Of a stretch of DNA of 64,000 nt, positions 51,164 to 64,000 are shown piece by piece. Under the pieces are notes generated by a model. It was not told where the DNA came from. It saw nothing but the letters and a program-made list of their open reading frames with translations, and ran no database searches. The position numbers and the translations under genes are program-made. The stretch covers positions 36,766,001-36,830,000 of the forward strand of contig CM069141.1 in the NCBI GenBank assembly GCA_035221665.1. The letters are read 5' to 3'. Numbering within the stretch: position 1 is the first letter of the stretch; every line of letters begins with the position of its first letter. Origin of the DNA: Okamejei kenojei (lineage: Eukaryota).

Positions 51164-51767
51164 TAAAGAAGGAACTGCAGATGCTGGAGAATTGAGGGTA
51201 CACAAAAGGCTGGAGAAACTCAGCGGGTGCAGCAGCATCTAAGGAGCGAAGGAGATAGGCGACGTTTCGGGTCGAGACCCTTCTTCAGACTGGTCAGGGA
51301 TCAGGAAAACGAGAGATATAGACGGTGATGTGGAGAGATAAAGAACAATGAATGAAAGATATGCAAAAAAGTATCGATGATAAAGGGAACAAGCCATTGT
51401 AAGCTGTTTGTAGTGTGAAAATGAGAAGCTAGTGCGACTAGGGTGGGGGAGAGATAGAGAGAGAGGGAATGCCAGGGCCCAAGGGCTGAGGGAGAGGTGG
51501 GAAGGGGAGGAGACAACAAGGGTTAACAGAATTGAGAAAATTCAATGTTCAAGCCCAGAGGATGCAGACCCCCCAAGCGGAATATGAGGTGCTGTTCCTC
51601 CAACTTGCGGTGTTGCTCACTCTGGCCGTGGAGGAGGCCCAGGACCGAGAGGTCGGATATGGAATGGGAGGGGGAGTTGAAATGCTGAGCCACTGGGAGG
51701 TCGGGTTGGTTAATGCGGACCGAGCGGAGGTGTTCGGCGAAACGATCGCCAAGCCTCCGCTTGGTAT
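51164..51767 (-). mobile_element. Penelope element 3' portion with GIY-YIG C-terminus, 12-bp TSD and a perfect hammerhead core
   Basis: RRLGDRFAEHLRSVRINQPDLPVAQHFNSPSHS..EEQHLIFRLG; AGTATTAAGTCT at 51152-51163 and 51768-51779; CTGAAGAAGGGTCTCGACCCGAAACGTC at 51288-51261. Confidence 0.9.
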
Positions 51768-52514
51768 AGTATTAAGTCTGCTGTGTTCAACATGGCTCTG
51801 TGGCCTAAGCTTGCTGTATGGTTATAAGTTTCTGATTTTTATTTTGAGAATTTGGAAAAAAACTTAAAAACACATTGCAGCAAATTATGTTGTCATCTGT
51901 AATGGAATTAAATTTTATTGTAATGCATTTCTTTATAAAATTGGCGTATATAAACAGGAAAATGAGTAACGAGTTTGTTCCAGAGCAATGATGTATTGCA
52001 AAATTTTAGGTTTTGCCTTAAACTATTACAATAAAGCTCAAATGATTTATTACACTGAGAAATGTAACTGTCTTTAAACGTGCTTGTGTCTCTATAACAT
52101 TTACAATAGATTGGTGAGTTTCCTGAGGCTTATTTATCCTGTATCAACATTTTTGAGTACTTGTTGCAAAGATGACACTCCAAATCAAAGGGACATTATT
52201 TTTATAAAATAACATTTTAAAATAAAAAAATACTTTAAGGAGGTTGGTTCCACATTTTGACATTTATTTTATTTTCTAAAGCCCCGTTCTCAGTGACTCA
52301 GTGTTTTTATTTCCAATGAAAAAAATGTGACAATAAAGGCAGCCGTTACACTAGCTTAGTACTCAGATTGACGTCATTATATTGCATACCCCGATGGCAT
52401 ATTAAGGGGAAAATATTCTTGTTACCACACATATGACTCAACAGAAATGCATATTAACTTAAATAAGTAGTTATGTAATAAGACAATTATATATGTTAAA
52501 GAAATGACACATAT

Positions 52515-55500
52515 TTAGTCGTGGACTCGTAGCGCCATACAGCAAGGAAACAGGATCCCGGCCCAATTAATCTATACCAAGATGCCCTATCTCAGCTTGC
52601 CCCATATCCCTATAAACTTTCTATCCATGTACCTGTCCAAGTTTTTATTCAATGCTGTCTGTACTTGCCTCAAAGTGTGAAAAAGTTGCCCCTCAATTCA
52701 TATTAAATCCGTCCCCCACTTTAAACCCACTTCCCCATCTCTGGGTAAAATACGCTGTGCATTCACTTTATCAATTCCCCTCATGATTTTATACACCTCT
52801 GTAAGATCTTCCCTTAGCCTCCTGCGTTCCGTAGCATTAAGTCCAATGCTTACCCAACGTCTCCCTATATCTCAGACCCTTGAGTCTTTGCAACATACTC
52901 GTAAATCTTCTCTGCACTCTTTCCAGTTTAATGTCATTCTTCCCATAAGAGGGTAACCAAAAATGAACACAATGCTCCAAATGCAGCCTCGTCAGTGTCA
53001 TGTACAACTGTAACAAAATGTCCCAACATTTATATTCAATACCCTGACTCATGGAGGCCAATGTATAGACTGCCTTCTTTACCATATCTACCTGCATAAT
53101 TGTATAAGGAGGAAGAGTGTTGTAAAAACAAGCCTGAAGGCTTTGTGTCTCAATGCAAGGAGCATTCGTAATAAGGTGGATGAGTTGAATGTGCAGATAG
53201 CTATTAATGATGATGCTATAGTTGGGATCACGGAGACATGGCTCCAGGGGGACCAAGACTGGGAGCTGAATATCCAGGGATATTCAATATTCAAGAGGGA
53301 TAGACAGAAAGGAAGGGGAGGTGGGGTAGTGTTGCTGGTGAGAGAGGAGATTAATGCAATAGAAAGGAAGGAGATTAGCTTGGAGGATGTGGAATCAATA
53401 TGGGTAGAGCTGCGAAATTCTAAGGGGCAGAAAACACTAGTGGGAGTTGTGTACAGGCCACCTAACAGTAGTAGTGGAGTTGGGGATGGCATCAAACAGG
53501 AAATTAAAAATGCGTGCAACAAGGGTAAAACAGTTATAATGGGTGACTTCAATCTACATATAGATTGGGTTAATCAAATGTGCAGGGGTGCTGAGGAAGA
53601 GTATGCGGGATAGTTTTCTAAACCAACAAGTAGAGGAACCAACGAGAGAGCAGGCTATTTCTAGACTGGGTATTGAGTAATGAGGAAGGGTTAGTTAGCA
53701 GTCTTGTTGTGCGGGGCCCCTTGGGCAAGAGTGACCATAATATGGTTGAGTTCTTCATTAGGATGGAGAGTGACATAATTAAGTCAGAAACAAGGGTTCT
53801 GAACTTAAACAAAGGTAACTTTGAAGGTATGAGAAGTGAATTGGCCAAGATAGACTAGCAAGTGATTCTTAAAGGGTTGACAGTGGATGTGCAATGGAAG
53901 GTATTTAAAGACTGCATGGATGAACTACAACAATTGTTCATCCCAGTTTGGCAAAAGAATAAATCAGGGCAGGTAGTGCATCCATGGATAACAAGGGAAA
54001 TCAGGGATAGTATAAAAACAAAAGATGAAGCATACAAATTAGCCAGAAAAGTCAGCCTACCAGAGGACTGGGAGAAATTCAGAGTTCAGCAGAGGAGAAC
54101 AAAGGGCATAATTAGGAAAGGGGAAAATAGATTATGAATGAAAACTGTCAGGGAACATAAAAACTGACTGCAAAAGTTTTTATAGATATGTGAAGAGAAA
54201 GAGATTAGTTAAAACAAAAGTAGGTCCCTTGCAGTCAGAAACAGGTGAATTGATCATGGGGAACAAGGACATGGCAGACCAATTGAATAACTACTTTGGT
54301 TCTGTCTTCACTAAGGAAGACAAATAATCTGCCGGAAATAGCAGGGGACCGGGGGTCAAATAAGATGGAGGAACTGAGTGAAATCCAGGTTAGCCGAGAA
54401 GTGGTGTTGGGTAAATTGAATGGATTAAAGGCCGATAAATCCCCAGGGCCAGATAGTCTGCATCCCAGAGTACTCAAGGAAGTAGCCACAGAAATAGTGG
54501 ATGCATTAGTGATAATTTTTCAAAACTCCTTAGATTCTGGAGTAGTTCCTGAGGATTGGAGGGTAGCTAATGTAACCCCACTTTTTAAAAAAGGAGGGAG
54601 AGAGAAAGCGGGTAATTTCAGACCAGTTAGTCTAACATCGGTAGTGGGGAAACTGCTAGAGTCAGTTATTAAAGATGGCAGAGCAGCACATTTGGAAAGT
54701 GGTGAAATCATTAGACAAAGTCAGATGGATTTACGAAAGTTAAATCATGTTTGATGAATCTTATAGAATTTTTTGAGGATGTAACTAGCAGAGTGGATAA
54801 GGGAGAACCAGTGGATGTGTTATATCTAGAATTTCAGAAGGCTTTCGACAAGGTTCAATAAGAGATTAGTATACAAACTTAAAGCACACGGTATTGGGGG
54901 TTCAGTATTGATGTGGATAGAGAACTGGCTGGCAGACAGGAAGCAAAGTGTAGGAGTAAACGGGTCCTTTTCAGAATGGCAGGCAGTGACTAGTGGGGTA
55001 CCGCAAGGCTCAGTGCTGGGACCCCAGCTATTTACAATATATATTAATGATTTGGACAAGGGAATTGAATGCAACATCTCCAGGTTTGCGATGACACGAA
55101 TCTGGGGGGTAGTGTTAGGTGTGAGGAGGATGCTTGGAGGCTGCAAGGTGACTTGGATAGGCTGGGTGAGTGGGAAAATGCATGGCAGATGCAGTATAAT
55201 GTGGATAAATGCGAGGTTATCCACTTTGGTGGCAAAAATAGGAGGGTAGACTATTATCTTAATGGTGGCAAATTAGGAAAAGGGGAGATGCAACGAGACC
55301 TGGGTGTCATGGTACACCAATCATTGAAAGTAGGCATGCAGGTGCAGCAGGCAGTGAAGAAAGCAAACGGTATGTTAGCATTCATAGCAAAAGGATTTGA
55401 GTATAGGAGCAGGGAGGTTCTACTGCAGTTGTACAAGGTTTTGGTGAGACCACACCTGGAGTATTGCGTACCATTTTGGTCCCCAAATCTGAGAAAAGAC

Positions 55501-56760
55501 ATTCTTGCCATAGAAGGGATACAGCAAGCTGATTCCTGGGATGTCAGGACTTTCATATGAGAAAAGACTGGATAAACTTGGCTTGTACTCGCTAGAATTT
55601 AGAAGACTGAGGGGGAATCTTATAGAAACTTACAAAATTCTTAAGGGGTTGGATAGGCTAGATGCAGGAAGATTGTTCCTGATGTTGGCGAGGTCCAGAA
55701 CAAGGGGTCACAGTCTAAGGATAAGGGGGAATTCCTTTAGGACCGAGATGAGGAAAACATTTTTCACACAGAGAGTGGTGAGTCTCTGGAATTATCTGCC
55801 ACAGAAGGTAGTTGAGGCCAGTTAATTGGCTATATTTAAGAGGGAGTTAGATGTGGCCCTTGTGGCTAAAGGGATCAGGGGGTATGGAGAGAAGGCAGGT
55901 ACAGGATACTGAGTTGGATGATCAGCCATGATCATATTGAATGGCGGTGTAGGCTCGAAGGGCCGAATGGCCTACTCCTGCACCTATTTTCTATGTTTCT
56001 ATGTTTACCTGTGATGCAATTTTTAGTGAACTATGTACGTGTAGTCCTGGACCCTCTGCTCTACAACACTACCCAGGACCCTACCATATACTGTGAATAT
56101 CTTCCTCTGGGTCGGCTTCCCAAAATGCAACACCTCACACTTATCTGCCTTAAAGACTATTAAACATTTCTCAACCCACTTGCTTTATTGATCAAGATCC
56201 TGCTGCAACTTTTAATAACCATCTTCACCTTCTATGGTACTACCTACTTTAGTTCATCTGCAAACTTACTAATCATGCCTTGCATGCTCTCAGCTAAATC
56301 GTTGATACAAACCACAACCAGCAATGGGTCCAGCATTAAACCCTGAGGCATACGACTCGTCACAAACCTCCAGCCTGAAAAACAGCTTTCTACCATCACC
56401 CTCTGCTTCCGACCATGAAGCCAATTCTGTATCCAGACAGCTAGCTCTCCCTGGATCCCATGCAATCTAATGTTCCTGAACAGCCTTCCATGCAGAAATG
56501 TATCAAAGGCCTTGGCGAAGTCCATATAGAAAACCTCTGCAGCCTTGCCCTCGTCAACCTTCTTGGTGTGGATGGCTTGATTGTAATCAGGTATAGTCTT
56601 TCCATTGACTGGATAACAGTGAACAACAATAGTTATTCTTTGTACCTTGGTACATGTGACAATAAACAAAACAAAATAAAATTCATGAGACACGATCTCA
56701 CATGTACAAAGCCATGCTGACTATCCCTATCCAGCCCGTTTTTCTAAATGCATTTCCCCT
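52515..56760 (-). mobile_element. Older minus-strand CR1 (52515-53094 and 56006-56760) split by a younger CR1
   Basis: MDFAKAFD, PQGLMLDP, FADELK on the right; LYMTLTRLHLEHCVHFW on the left. Confidence 0.85.
53095..56005 (+). mobile_element. CR1 LINE ORF2 (APE + RT), 5'-truncated, 6-bp TSD
   Basis: CLNARSIRNK through RT and the (TTTCTATG)n tail; TACCTG at 53089-53094 and 56006-56011. Confidence 0.95.
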
Positions 56761-56865
56761 CAAAATTTTCTCCAGGGAAGAACAAAATCAATCATTCAAT
56801 AAGTAAAATGTAACATTGTCAAAAATTGCACAATTTTACATTGCAGTGGTCAGTCTCCCAAACCA

Positions 56866-57425
56866 TGCCACAGTGGTGTAGCTGGTAGAGCTGCTGCCTC
56901 ACAGTGTCAGAGACCTGGGTTCGATCCTGACTTTGGCTGTGTACTTTGCATGTTCCTCCTGTGACCTCATGAGTTTACTTTGGGTGCTCCATTTTTCTCC
57001 CTTATCTCAAAAACATGTGGGTTTGTAGGTGGAAATGCCTATAAATCTCTGTAAATTGCCTTTGTTATGGAGGGAATGGATAAGGAAGTGGAATAACAAA
57101 GAATTAGAGTGAACGGGTGATTGCTGTCTGAAAGACGCAATCACACTGGGTTTGGACCACATCCAGTGATCAGAAATATATATGATGTCTTTCATTGGTG
57201 CATCAACTTCCTGGTTGAGACATTTATCCAAGTGGGATTCATAGGAGGGCAGTTGTCAAAGGCAGTGGTTGCATGTATCCTCTGTCAGAACTGATCGAGG
57301 AGGAGAACACAAATGCAGGCTCAGACAGAGGGCAGATTTGTTTTCAAAGAATTAGAGTGAACGGGTGATTGATGGTCAGTGTAGACTCGGTGGGCCGAAG
57401 GCCTGTTTTTATGCTGCATTTTTCA
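56866..57425 (+). mobile_element. HE1-like SINE interrupted by a templated insertion
   Basis: A-box/B-box head (GGTTCGATCC); 3' half resumes after 57345. Confidence 0.85.
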
Positions 57426-57910
57426 ACCAAATACCACACTGGCTCTACAACACTTGGGAAGCTTCTGAGAGAAACAGTAAAGGGCCCTACATTAATGTAA
57501 GACTTTCCTTCTTACTAATTCTGCGTATCAATAGCCTCAGCTGTATATTGTTTAACAAACAACAAATGTGGAAGAGAATTATAAAATAACATGAAGTTCA
57601 CCCCATACTTTAGTATTCTTTTGAATGACAATTTCCATGGCTGGGTACATCTGATATAATGCCTACCGTTTACAAGATGGCAGCAGTTAGTTTGGGTTAA
57701 ATCCTGAACACAGGAGCAGATTATGAAAAGTTTACACATTCTCTCATTTCCTCCCATAACTCATAGATGTGGTTGTAGATAATTGTCATCTGTAAATTAC
57801 CCTTTAGTGTCGTTTAAAGCGAAACATCAAAGAATCAAAGGGGAGTAGATGGGCATGAGAGAGAATAACATGCATGGTACAAGGAATCAGGAGAGCTGAA
57901 GAGAACTCGT

Positions 57911-58239
57911 GGGTGGCATGGTGGCGCAGCGATAGAGTAATGTAGTGTAGTGGTAGAGTTGCTGACTTACAGCGCTTGCAGCGGCGGAGACCCGGGTTCG
58001 ATCCCAAATATGGGTGCTGTCTGTATGGAGTTTGCATGTTGTCCCCATGTGTGTTTTCTCTGAGATCTTCAGTTTCCTCTCACACTACAAATATGTACAG
58101 GTTTGTAGGATAATTGGCTTGGTATAAGTGTAAATTATCCCTAGTGTGTGTGGGACAATGTTAATGTGCGGGCATCGCTGGTCGGTGTGGACTCAGTGGG
58201 CCGAAGGGCCTGTTCCCGTGCTCTATTCTAAACTAAACT
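57911..58239 (+). mobile_element. HE1-like SINE
   Basis: TGGCGCAGCG A-box, GGGTTCGATCC B-box, CTAAACTAAAC tail. Confidence 0.9.
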
Positions 58240-58865
58240 CCTGGGAGCTGGCATGGACCAGAACCAACTGAAAAGTCTCTGACATTATTATAAGTAAAAT
58301 AAGGATACAGCATTTGAGGAAGCAATAAACAAATTTGTGTGCATGTTGAGAGATTACATCTGAAATTTCCACCATGTTTTGTGAAAATTTGCATAAATCC
58401 TGCCAGACGAAAGTAGCACTGTAGTTAGATTTCTTGCTTGGGTCCTTCTCCTATTAGGTACCCTCAGATCATTTACAGCCCATTTTAAGACCATTGACCT
58501 TGTCCACCTGGATTTCCAGATTAAGATCGGACATTATCAGTAGACTATTATGCTGATTATGAATGATCATTTTCTTCACTCCGTTTTCCAGGTCAGATGA
58601 AATGTTATTGATTTACTTCTCTGCAATCGCCGACAGTCCTGTCGTGTATTTGCAACATTTCTGTTTTTACTTCAATTTTGTTCCTGTTCAGACATTTATT
58701 CAGTTGCTGTCTGAAAGACGCAATCACACTGGGTTTGGACCACATCCAGTGATCGGAAATATATATGATGTCTTTCATTGGTGCATCAACTTCCTGGTTG
58801 AGACATTTATCCAAGTGGGATTCATAGGAGGGCGGTTGTCAAAGGCAGTGGTTGCATGTATCCTC

Positions 58866-59333
58866 TGTCAGAACTGATCGAGGAGGAGAACACAAATGCA
58901 GGCTCAGACAGAGGGCAGATTCGTTTTCAAAGTTTAATCGGTCCAAGTCGGTACACTTGCAAGGTAAGCAAAAACAGAGGCAACAGTGTAATCTAGGAGC
59001 AGGCAAAAACAGTGGTCGAAAAACAGGCAATGGTCGAGATCACAAGGTCACAATATTTCTAGAGCTGGAACGAGGTGATACCAAGTAGCATACACAACGA
59101 ACTGGCAATGAGAACCAAAACACAAAGGGCTTAAATACAGACTAACAGGGGATAACGAGACACAGGTGAAACACATCAGGGCAGGGCCAACAATCACATG
59201 AGGGTAAACGACATGACAGGAAATGGCACCTGAAACAAGGGAAGATGTGAGACACCAAAATAAAACAAGAATGCAAACTCAAATACTAAAAACCAATAAG
59301 AAACAGAAACTAGATCAAATGCGAGACCTGACA
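58866..59333 (-). mobile_element. Solo LTR (Gypsy-like), 468 bp
   Basis: Inverted ends TGTCAG...CTGACA; 5-bp TSD TCCTC at 58861-58865 and 59334-59338; minus-strand TATTTAA and ATTAAA. Confidence 0.85.
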
Positions 59334-60677
59334 TCCTCTCTGTGATTGTCTCACTGAAAGGCAATATTGCCACCCTAGAGGTTTAATGGTTTCATTTGGG
59401 CAGTTTTGGCCTTTTATTTCCTCTAGTCTGATTCCAAGTACAATAAATCCAAGTGTCTGGTTAACTAAACTGCTGATGCTAATGCATCAGAAATTGGCAT
59501 TGTATTCATCCTGGCCACAGGAACCTGCTGCCACTGCAATATTACTCAACATTCAAGGCGAGGGTTTAGCTGAAGCACTGAAGCATGGAAATTATAGATC
59601 ATCAAAGGAGAGCAAAACAACATTCTGGGTTTAGAAATGCTCTAGCTGATGAAGACTTCAATCATGCTTTGACAACTTCATTTGAACAGCCCATACAGCA
59701 GGAGATCCAAGCAATTACTCACATTTCCTCTATTAAAACTATCACATTAAACTGGGTTAATGAAACTCTGGCTAAGGTTAGGCTTTCTTGCCTTCTGCCA
59801 ATAATTTAACTTTATTTGCAAGATCTGTGACCCTCTCTTTTATTCCCCTCTGCCCCATTCACCAGCATTCTCAATATATCTGCAAGCTGCATTCACATTT
59901 AAAGCAGCCTTCATAAAGTTGTTGGATTCCGCAAGCATTAAGGAGATCTCATATATACCCTCCTTCTTAATGCTTAGTATGTGCATAACTGGAGCATACC
60001 AGAAATGTTACTTAGGTAATTACATTACATGTCATTACCAATCATCATTAACTGTAGTACATTTACAATTCAGAGTTCCAGTTTAAGGCATTGAGATTTA
60101 TTAACACAACCTTTTTACATGTTTCTCATATTTGACCAGATGTATTTGACTGGATTTTAAATATCAATAATTTTTAATGTTATTTTAATTGACAGCACAC
60201 ACTGTTAGCAAGACTGCTTAGAAAACAAGAATATTATTGAACAATAAGCCGTCATACTAAAGAATGATAAAGCTGTGTAAGGGGCAGCCTCACAAATGTA
60301 ATAAAAGTACATCAAAGTGCTCCCTGGCAGTTATCCCATTTAAAGAAGTATAATTTGAGAAGCAGGCTAGATGATTGGAACAGATAAAGAAAGAGAATAT
60401 AGAAAGAAAGATAAAAGCAGATTGGAGGATTCTGTACGTACAAAAAGTGTAAGTGAATAGCAAAAATAACATTGATGCAATGAAAGATGTGACAGGAGAA
60501 TCAATAAACAGGAAGAGGAAAAGGCACAGGCATGAAATAAATAATTGATATTGTGTCTTAACAGAAAACAATAAAAGAATACCAGGAATATTAGGTAAAA
60601 AAGGACAAAAGAGGATGACAAGTCAAAAACAATAACACAAGTGAAGTGCTGGTCAAGCTAGCAACATTGGGTACAAT

Positions 60678-60900
60678 AGGGCAGCACAGTGGCACAGCCT
60701 GTAGAGCCGCTGTATCTCAGTGTCAGAGACCCGGTTCGATCGTGGCCTCGGGTGCTGTCTGTGTGGAGTATGCACATTCTCCCTGTGACCGCGTGGTTTT
60801 TCTCAGGGTACTCCGGTTTCCTCGCACATCTCAAAAAGACGTGCGGGTTTGTAAGTTAATTGGCCTCTGAAAGTTGCCCCTAGTGTGTGGGGAGTGGGAT
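60678..60900 (+). mobile_element. HE1-like SINE, 3'-truncated
   Basis: GGGCAGCACAGTGGC..GGTTCGATC..CTCCGGTTTCCTC. Confidence 0.85.
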
Positions 60901-62721
60901 ATCATAGAGATAGATATGAGACTTGAATGTTGAAGCCTTTGTACAAGAACGAAAATAAGTTAGCATGTAAGTAATTAGGAATGCTAATCTTTACCTCAAG
61001 GGAGACAGTATAAATGTAGAGAAATCTTGCTACACCCGCACAGGGCTTTGGTGAAACTTGTGTGCCATTTCTAGCATGGCACACAATTCTGACGCCCTTG
61101 CTAAAGGAAAGAATCGTTTGCCTAAGAGATGGTGCAGCAAACCTTCACCAACTTAATTCTAAGGATGTGGAAATGTTATTATGAGAAAAGATTGAGGAAA
61201 CCATGCTTGAGCTCTCTGGACTTAAATGGGATGAGGAGTGATCTCATTGAATTATATAAGATTCTTAGATGGTCTAACTGCGGTGTAGATGCTTTTCTTG
61301 GCATAGAAGTTGGGTGGCCAATCCCAGAAGAAAGGGTTGACCATCGAAGAGTGAGCTGCAAATTTTAGAATTTCTCAATTAATTGTGATCAATTTAATTT
61401 CATGTAAATTAAATTAAGGTCAGTGCTGCCCTTTACTAATGATCTTTCTTGGCTGCCAAGTTTCTTCCATTGGCTCGTCTCATTTCCATTATTTCAGCTG
61501 GAGAGAGACAGTGTGCTTCAGGGACCAATTTTGTCGTGGAGGGTCAGACCTTAGAACATTTTTGTCATTCTAATATTTCCAAATGTAAGCAAAGAATCAG
61601 ATGACACTAGCAGTGGAATTTCGGATGACCCAGGTGGAATTTTATGTTCCTTTACCTTATTCCAAGCCCTACGCCCGAGATCAACTGTAACAGCAGCAGC
61701 AGAGATAAATATAGTCAGTTAAACCCTCAAAATGGGTGTCCATCCAGTGACAAATATATTTTTTAGAATTATAAACCTGCTCCTTGATCTAATCCTTTGC
61801 AATGTGGCCATTCCCCTAAGTTGTAACAGGACCAGAGGAAGGCGAGAGTGGACAATCTGCTCACAGTAGTTAGGTCAGTCATTAAAAACGTTTTTAAGGA
61901 ATAAACGCTTACATTTACATTATGTTTTTCTAACAACCTTAGTATCTCCCTTAGTGTTGCTAGTCAATAAAGTTGTTCCTTTTAAAATACATTCCTTCCA
62001 ATATAGCAAAATTGGTAGTCAATTTGTACACAGAAGCTCTCCAGTTAGCACGCAACAAAAGCTTTTTGCTGTACATCGGTACACGTGACAATAAACTAAA
62101 CTTGACTCAAACTCACTCACAACACCAGTTCCTGTAAATACCTTTTAAAGTGAAACTGTTGAGTGATAAGTAGTTGACAGGACACCAAGAAACACCCCTA
62201 CACCTCTTGAAAGGAATGGTTGTGATTTTTTTACATCAAAATCATTATTCTGTTTATTTATTTAAAATTAGTCTTATCATTAATGAGCATTTGAAGGCTT
62301 GATTCTGTGACTTTATTGCTGCATTTTTTACACGAGAGGCAAATTAAGTCTTGCCATTGAGTTTTGTTCTTAACCTTTATATTTAAACTGCTACAAAAGC
62401 AATCAGTATATTATGTTTGAGCAACTGCCTTGTTTCAAAATCTTTCAAAAAGTCCCTTTAGTATTAATTTGTTTGGCATATACTAATACATCCTTCAAGA
62501 TCTTATCACATTAAAAAACTGCCAGTCCTCGGGAACAAGGTTAAGAAGTCCCATACACCAATTTTAGCTCTGAATATATGTGCAATATCCAAATTTTCAA
62601 CTGATTATATGCAGTCAATAATTATTTATATGTTTGGTGGCGAGCAAAATTGTGGAAAAGTCTTTTTAATTGGGGTAAGTTATGATAATTGTTTCCATAT
62701 TCATAAATCTTTGTGTTATTT

Positions 62722-63023
62722 AGGGCAGCACCATGGTGCAGATGTTCGAGCTCACAGTGCCAGAGACCTGGGTTCAAGTCTGACCTTGGTTGCCATCTGT
62801 ATGGAATTTAAACTTTTTCTCTGTGACCATGTGGGTTTCCTCCGGGTACTCCAGTTTTCTTCCACATCCCTAAGACATGCAGGTTTGTAGGTTAATAGCC
62901 CTTAGCGTGTAGGGAGTGGATGACAAAGCGGGATAACATGGAACTAATTTGAACATGTGATCGATGGTTGGCTTGGACTCGGTGAGCCAAGGGCCTTTTT
63001 CCATGTTGTATCACTAAACTAAA
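62722..63023 (+). mobile_element. HE1-like SINE
   Basis: GGGCAGCACCATGGTGCAG..GGGTTCAAG..CTAAACTAAAC. Confidence 0.85.
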
Positions 63024-64000
63024 CAAAACATAGAATAATACACCACAGGAACAGGCCTCTCTATCCATAATATTAGCAGGGATATTATAACATGAAAATT
63101 AACTCATTGTTGCACTCAGATCAATGTGTGAAACAATGCATTTTCCAGAATAAACAACGCTGAAGCATAGATGGAAATTACCGAAAGGTAATCATTTTTT
63201 CCCAAAAATCTTTATTCAGAATAAAAAATATATACAGTGCAAAAACTCTTCGGCCAATCTCAGCGTCTATATATACATTAATTAGCGTTGTATTTGGTAG
63301 TATTCACAGAAATATCATTATACCCAGCACCCTGGCCACTCATGTGATCCTCTGGGATGATATCCTTCTCCGTTAGATGATCGGCAGAGTCATAAAATCA
63401 TGCACCTTCAGCCCAATGTACTGCACGGTTGCATATGTTCAGCTGAGCACCATTGATTCACGGTGGAACAAACAGTTTGAGTGGTTTAAGCATGGTTGAA
63501 AATTCCAGAGCAATTGGAATATGCCAACAAGTTTTACTTTATTAGCATACAAACACTGTAGCTGACTTAGGAGTAACTATTGGCTCAAAATTTCCATCGG
63601 CAGCAAGCCACAGGCACTCGCTACTGATCTGTAGGGTTACTCTGCAGTTAACCCTACAGCACTCCCTGAATCAAATTTTTGCAAAGTGCTGACTATCATC
63701 ATCAGTGAGACCCTCTGTGGTGGCAGTGCCTTGCAGGCAGAAATGCTGGTATTGGAAGTGTCAGGAAAAAAAAAATAGCCTCCTAAAGAGTGGGAATAGT
63801 TTTGACAGCTAGCTAATTCACATCACCTGCTGTCAATGATGGCAGTCACTGTAAATGTTTCTAAATGTTAAAAATATACAATACATTTAAAATTGCAAAT
63901 GCTAAAACAAGTAGAATTTTAAAAAAAATGTATAATTGAAAGAAGCCACATGTTTAAAAACTATGTTTAACTAAATACAGCTAATGAAAAAAAATTACAA

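Noticed and set aside
58563-58877. ORFs on both strands duplicated at 57007-57231 (MDKCLNQEV..)
   Set aside because: Explained by the local templated duplication; no recognisable protein, and part is decayed repeat.
56866-63023. tRNA genes suggested by A/B boxes
   Set aside because: They are tRNA-derived SINE heads followed by SINE body and LINE-like tails.

Overview
Eukaryotic (vertebrate) genomic DNA, most likely from a cartilaginous fish (skate/ray). This is inferred from HE1-like tRNA SINEs, HER1/CR1 LINEs and Penelope-derived palindromic repeats. The only host gene I can support is BOD1 on the minus strand: three coding exons at 29472-29353, 26480-26356 and 24823-24625, a CpG-island promoter with a ZNF143/THAP11-type motif, and candidate downstream exons plus a 3' UTR reaching about 19790. 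The rest is transposable-element rich. It holds many CR1 LINEs (one full-length copy at about 45230-49448 with an intact zinc-finger/SGNH-esterase ORF1), Penelope elements with GIY-YIG remnants and minimal hammerhead-ribozyme cores, Rex1 fragments, V/Deu-type SINEs, solo LTRs, a Tc1 end and a 182-N gap. The most interesting signal is a family of non-autonomous Helitron-like elements (TC...CTAG ends, 3' hairpin, one head-to-tail junction) that appear to carry captured host cargo: a SAC3D1-like exon with its splice donor, a TATA-Inr-exon-donor cassette and another exon-like fragment. Other notable items are a sense-strand hammerhead core in BOD1 intron 1, a possible alternative NMD-sensitive BOD1 3' end, and a 229-bp microhomology-bounded templated insertion. 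All family assignments come from motif recognition, not database searches.
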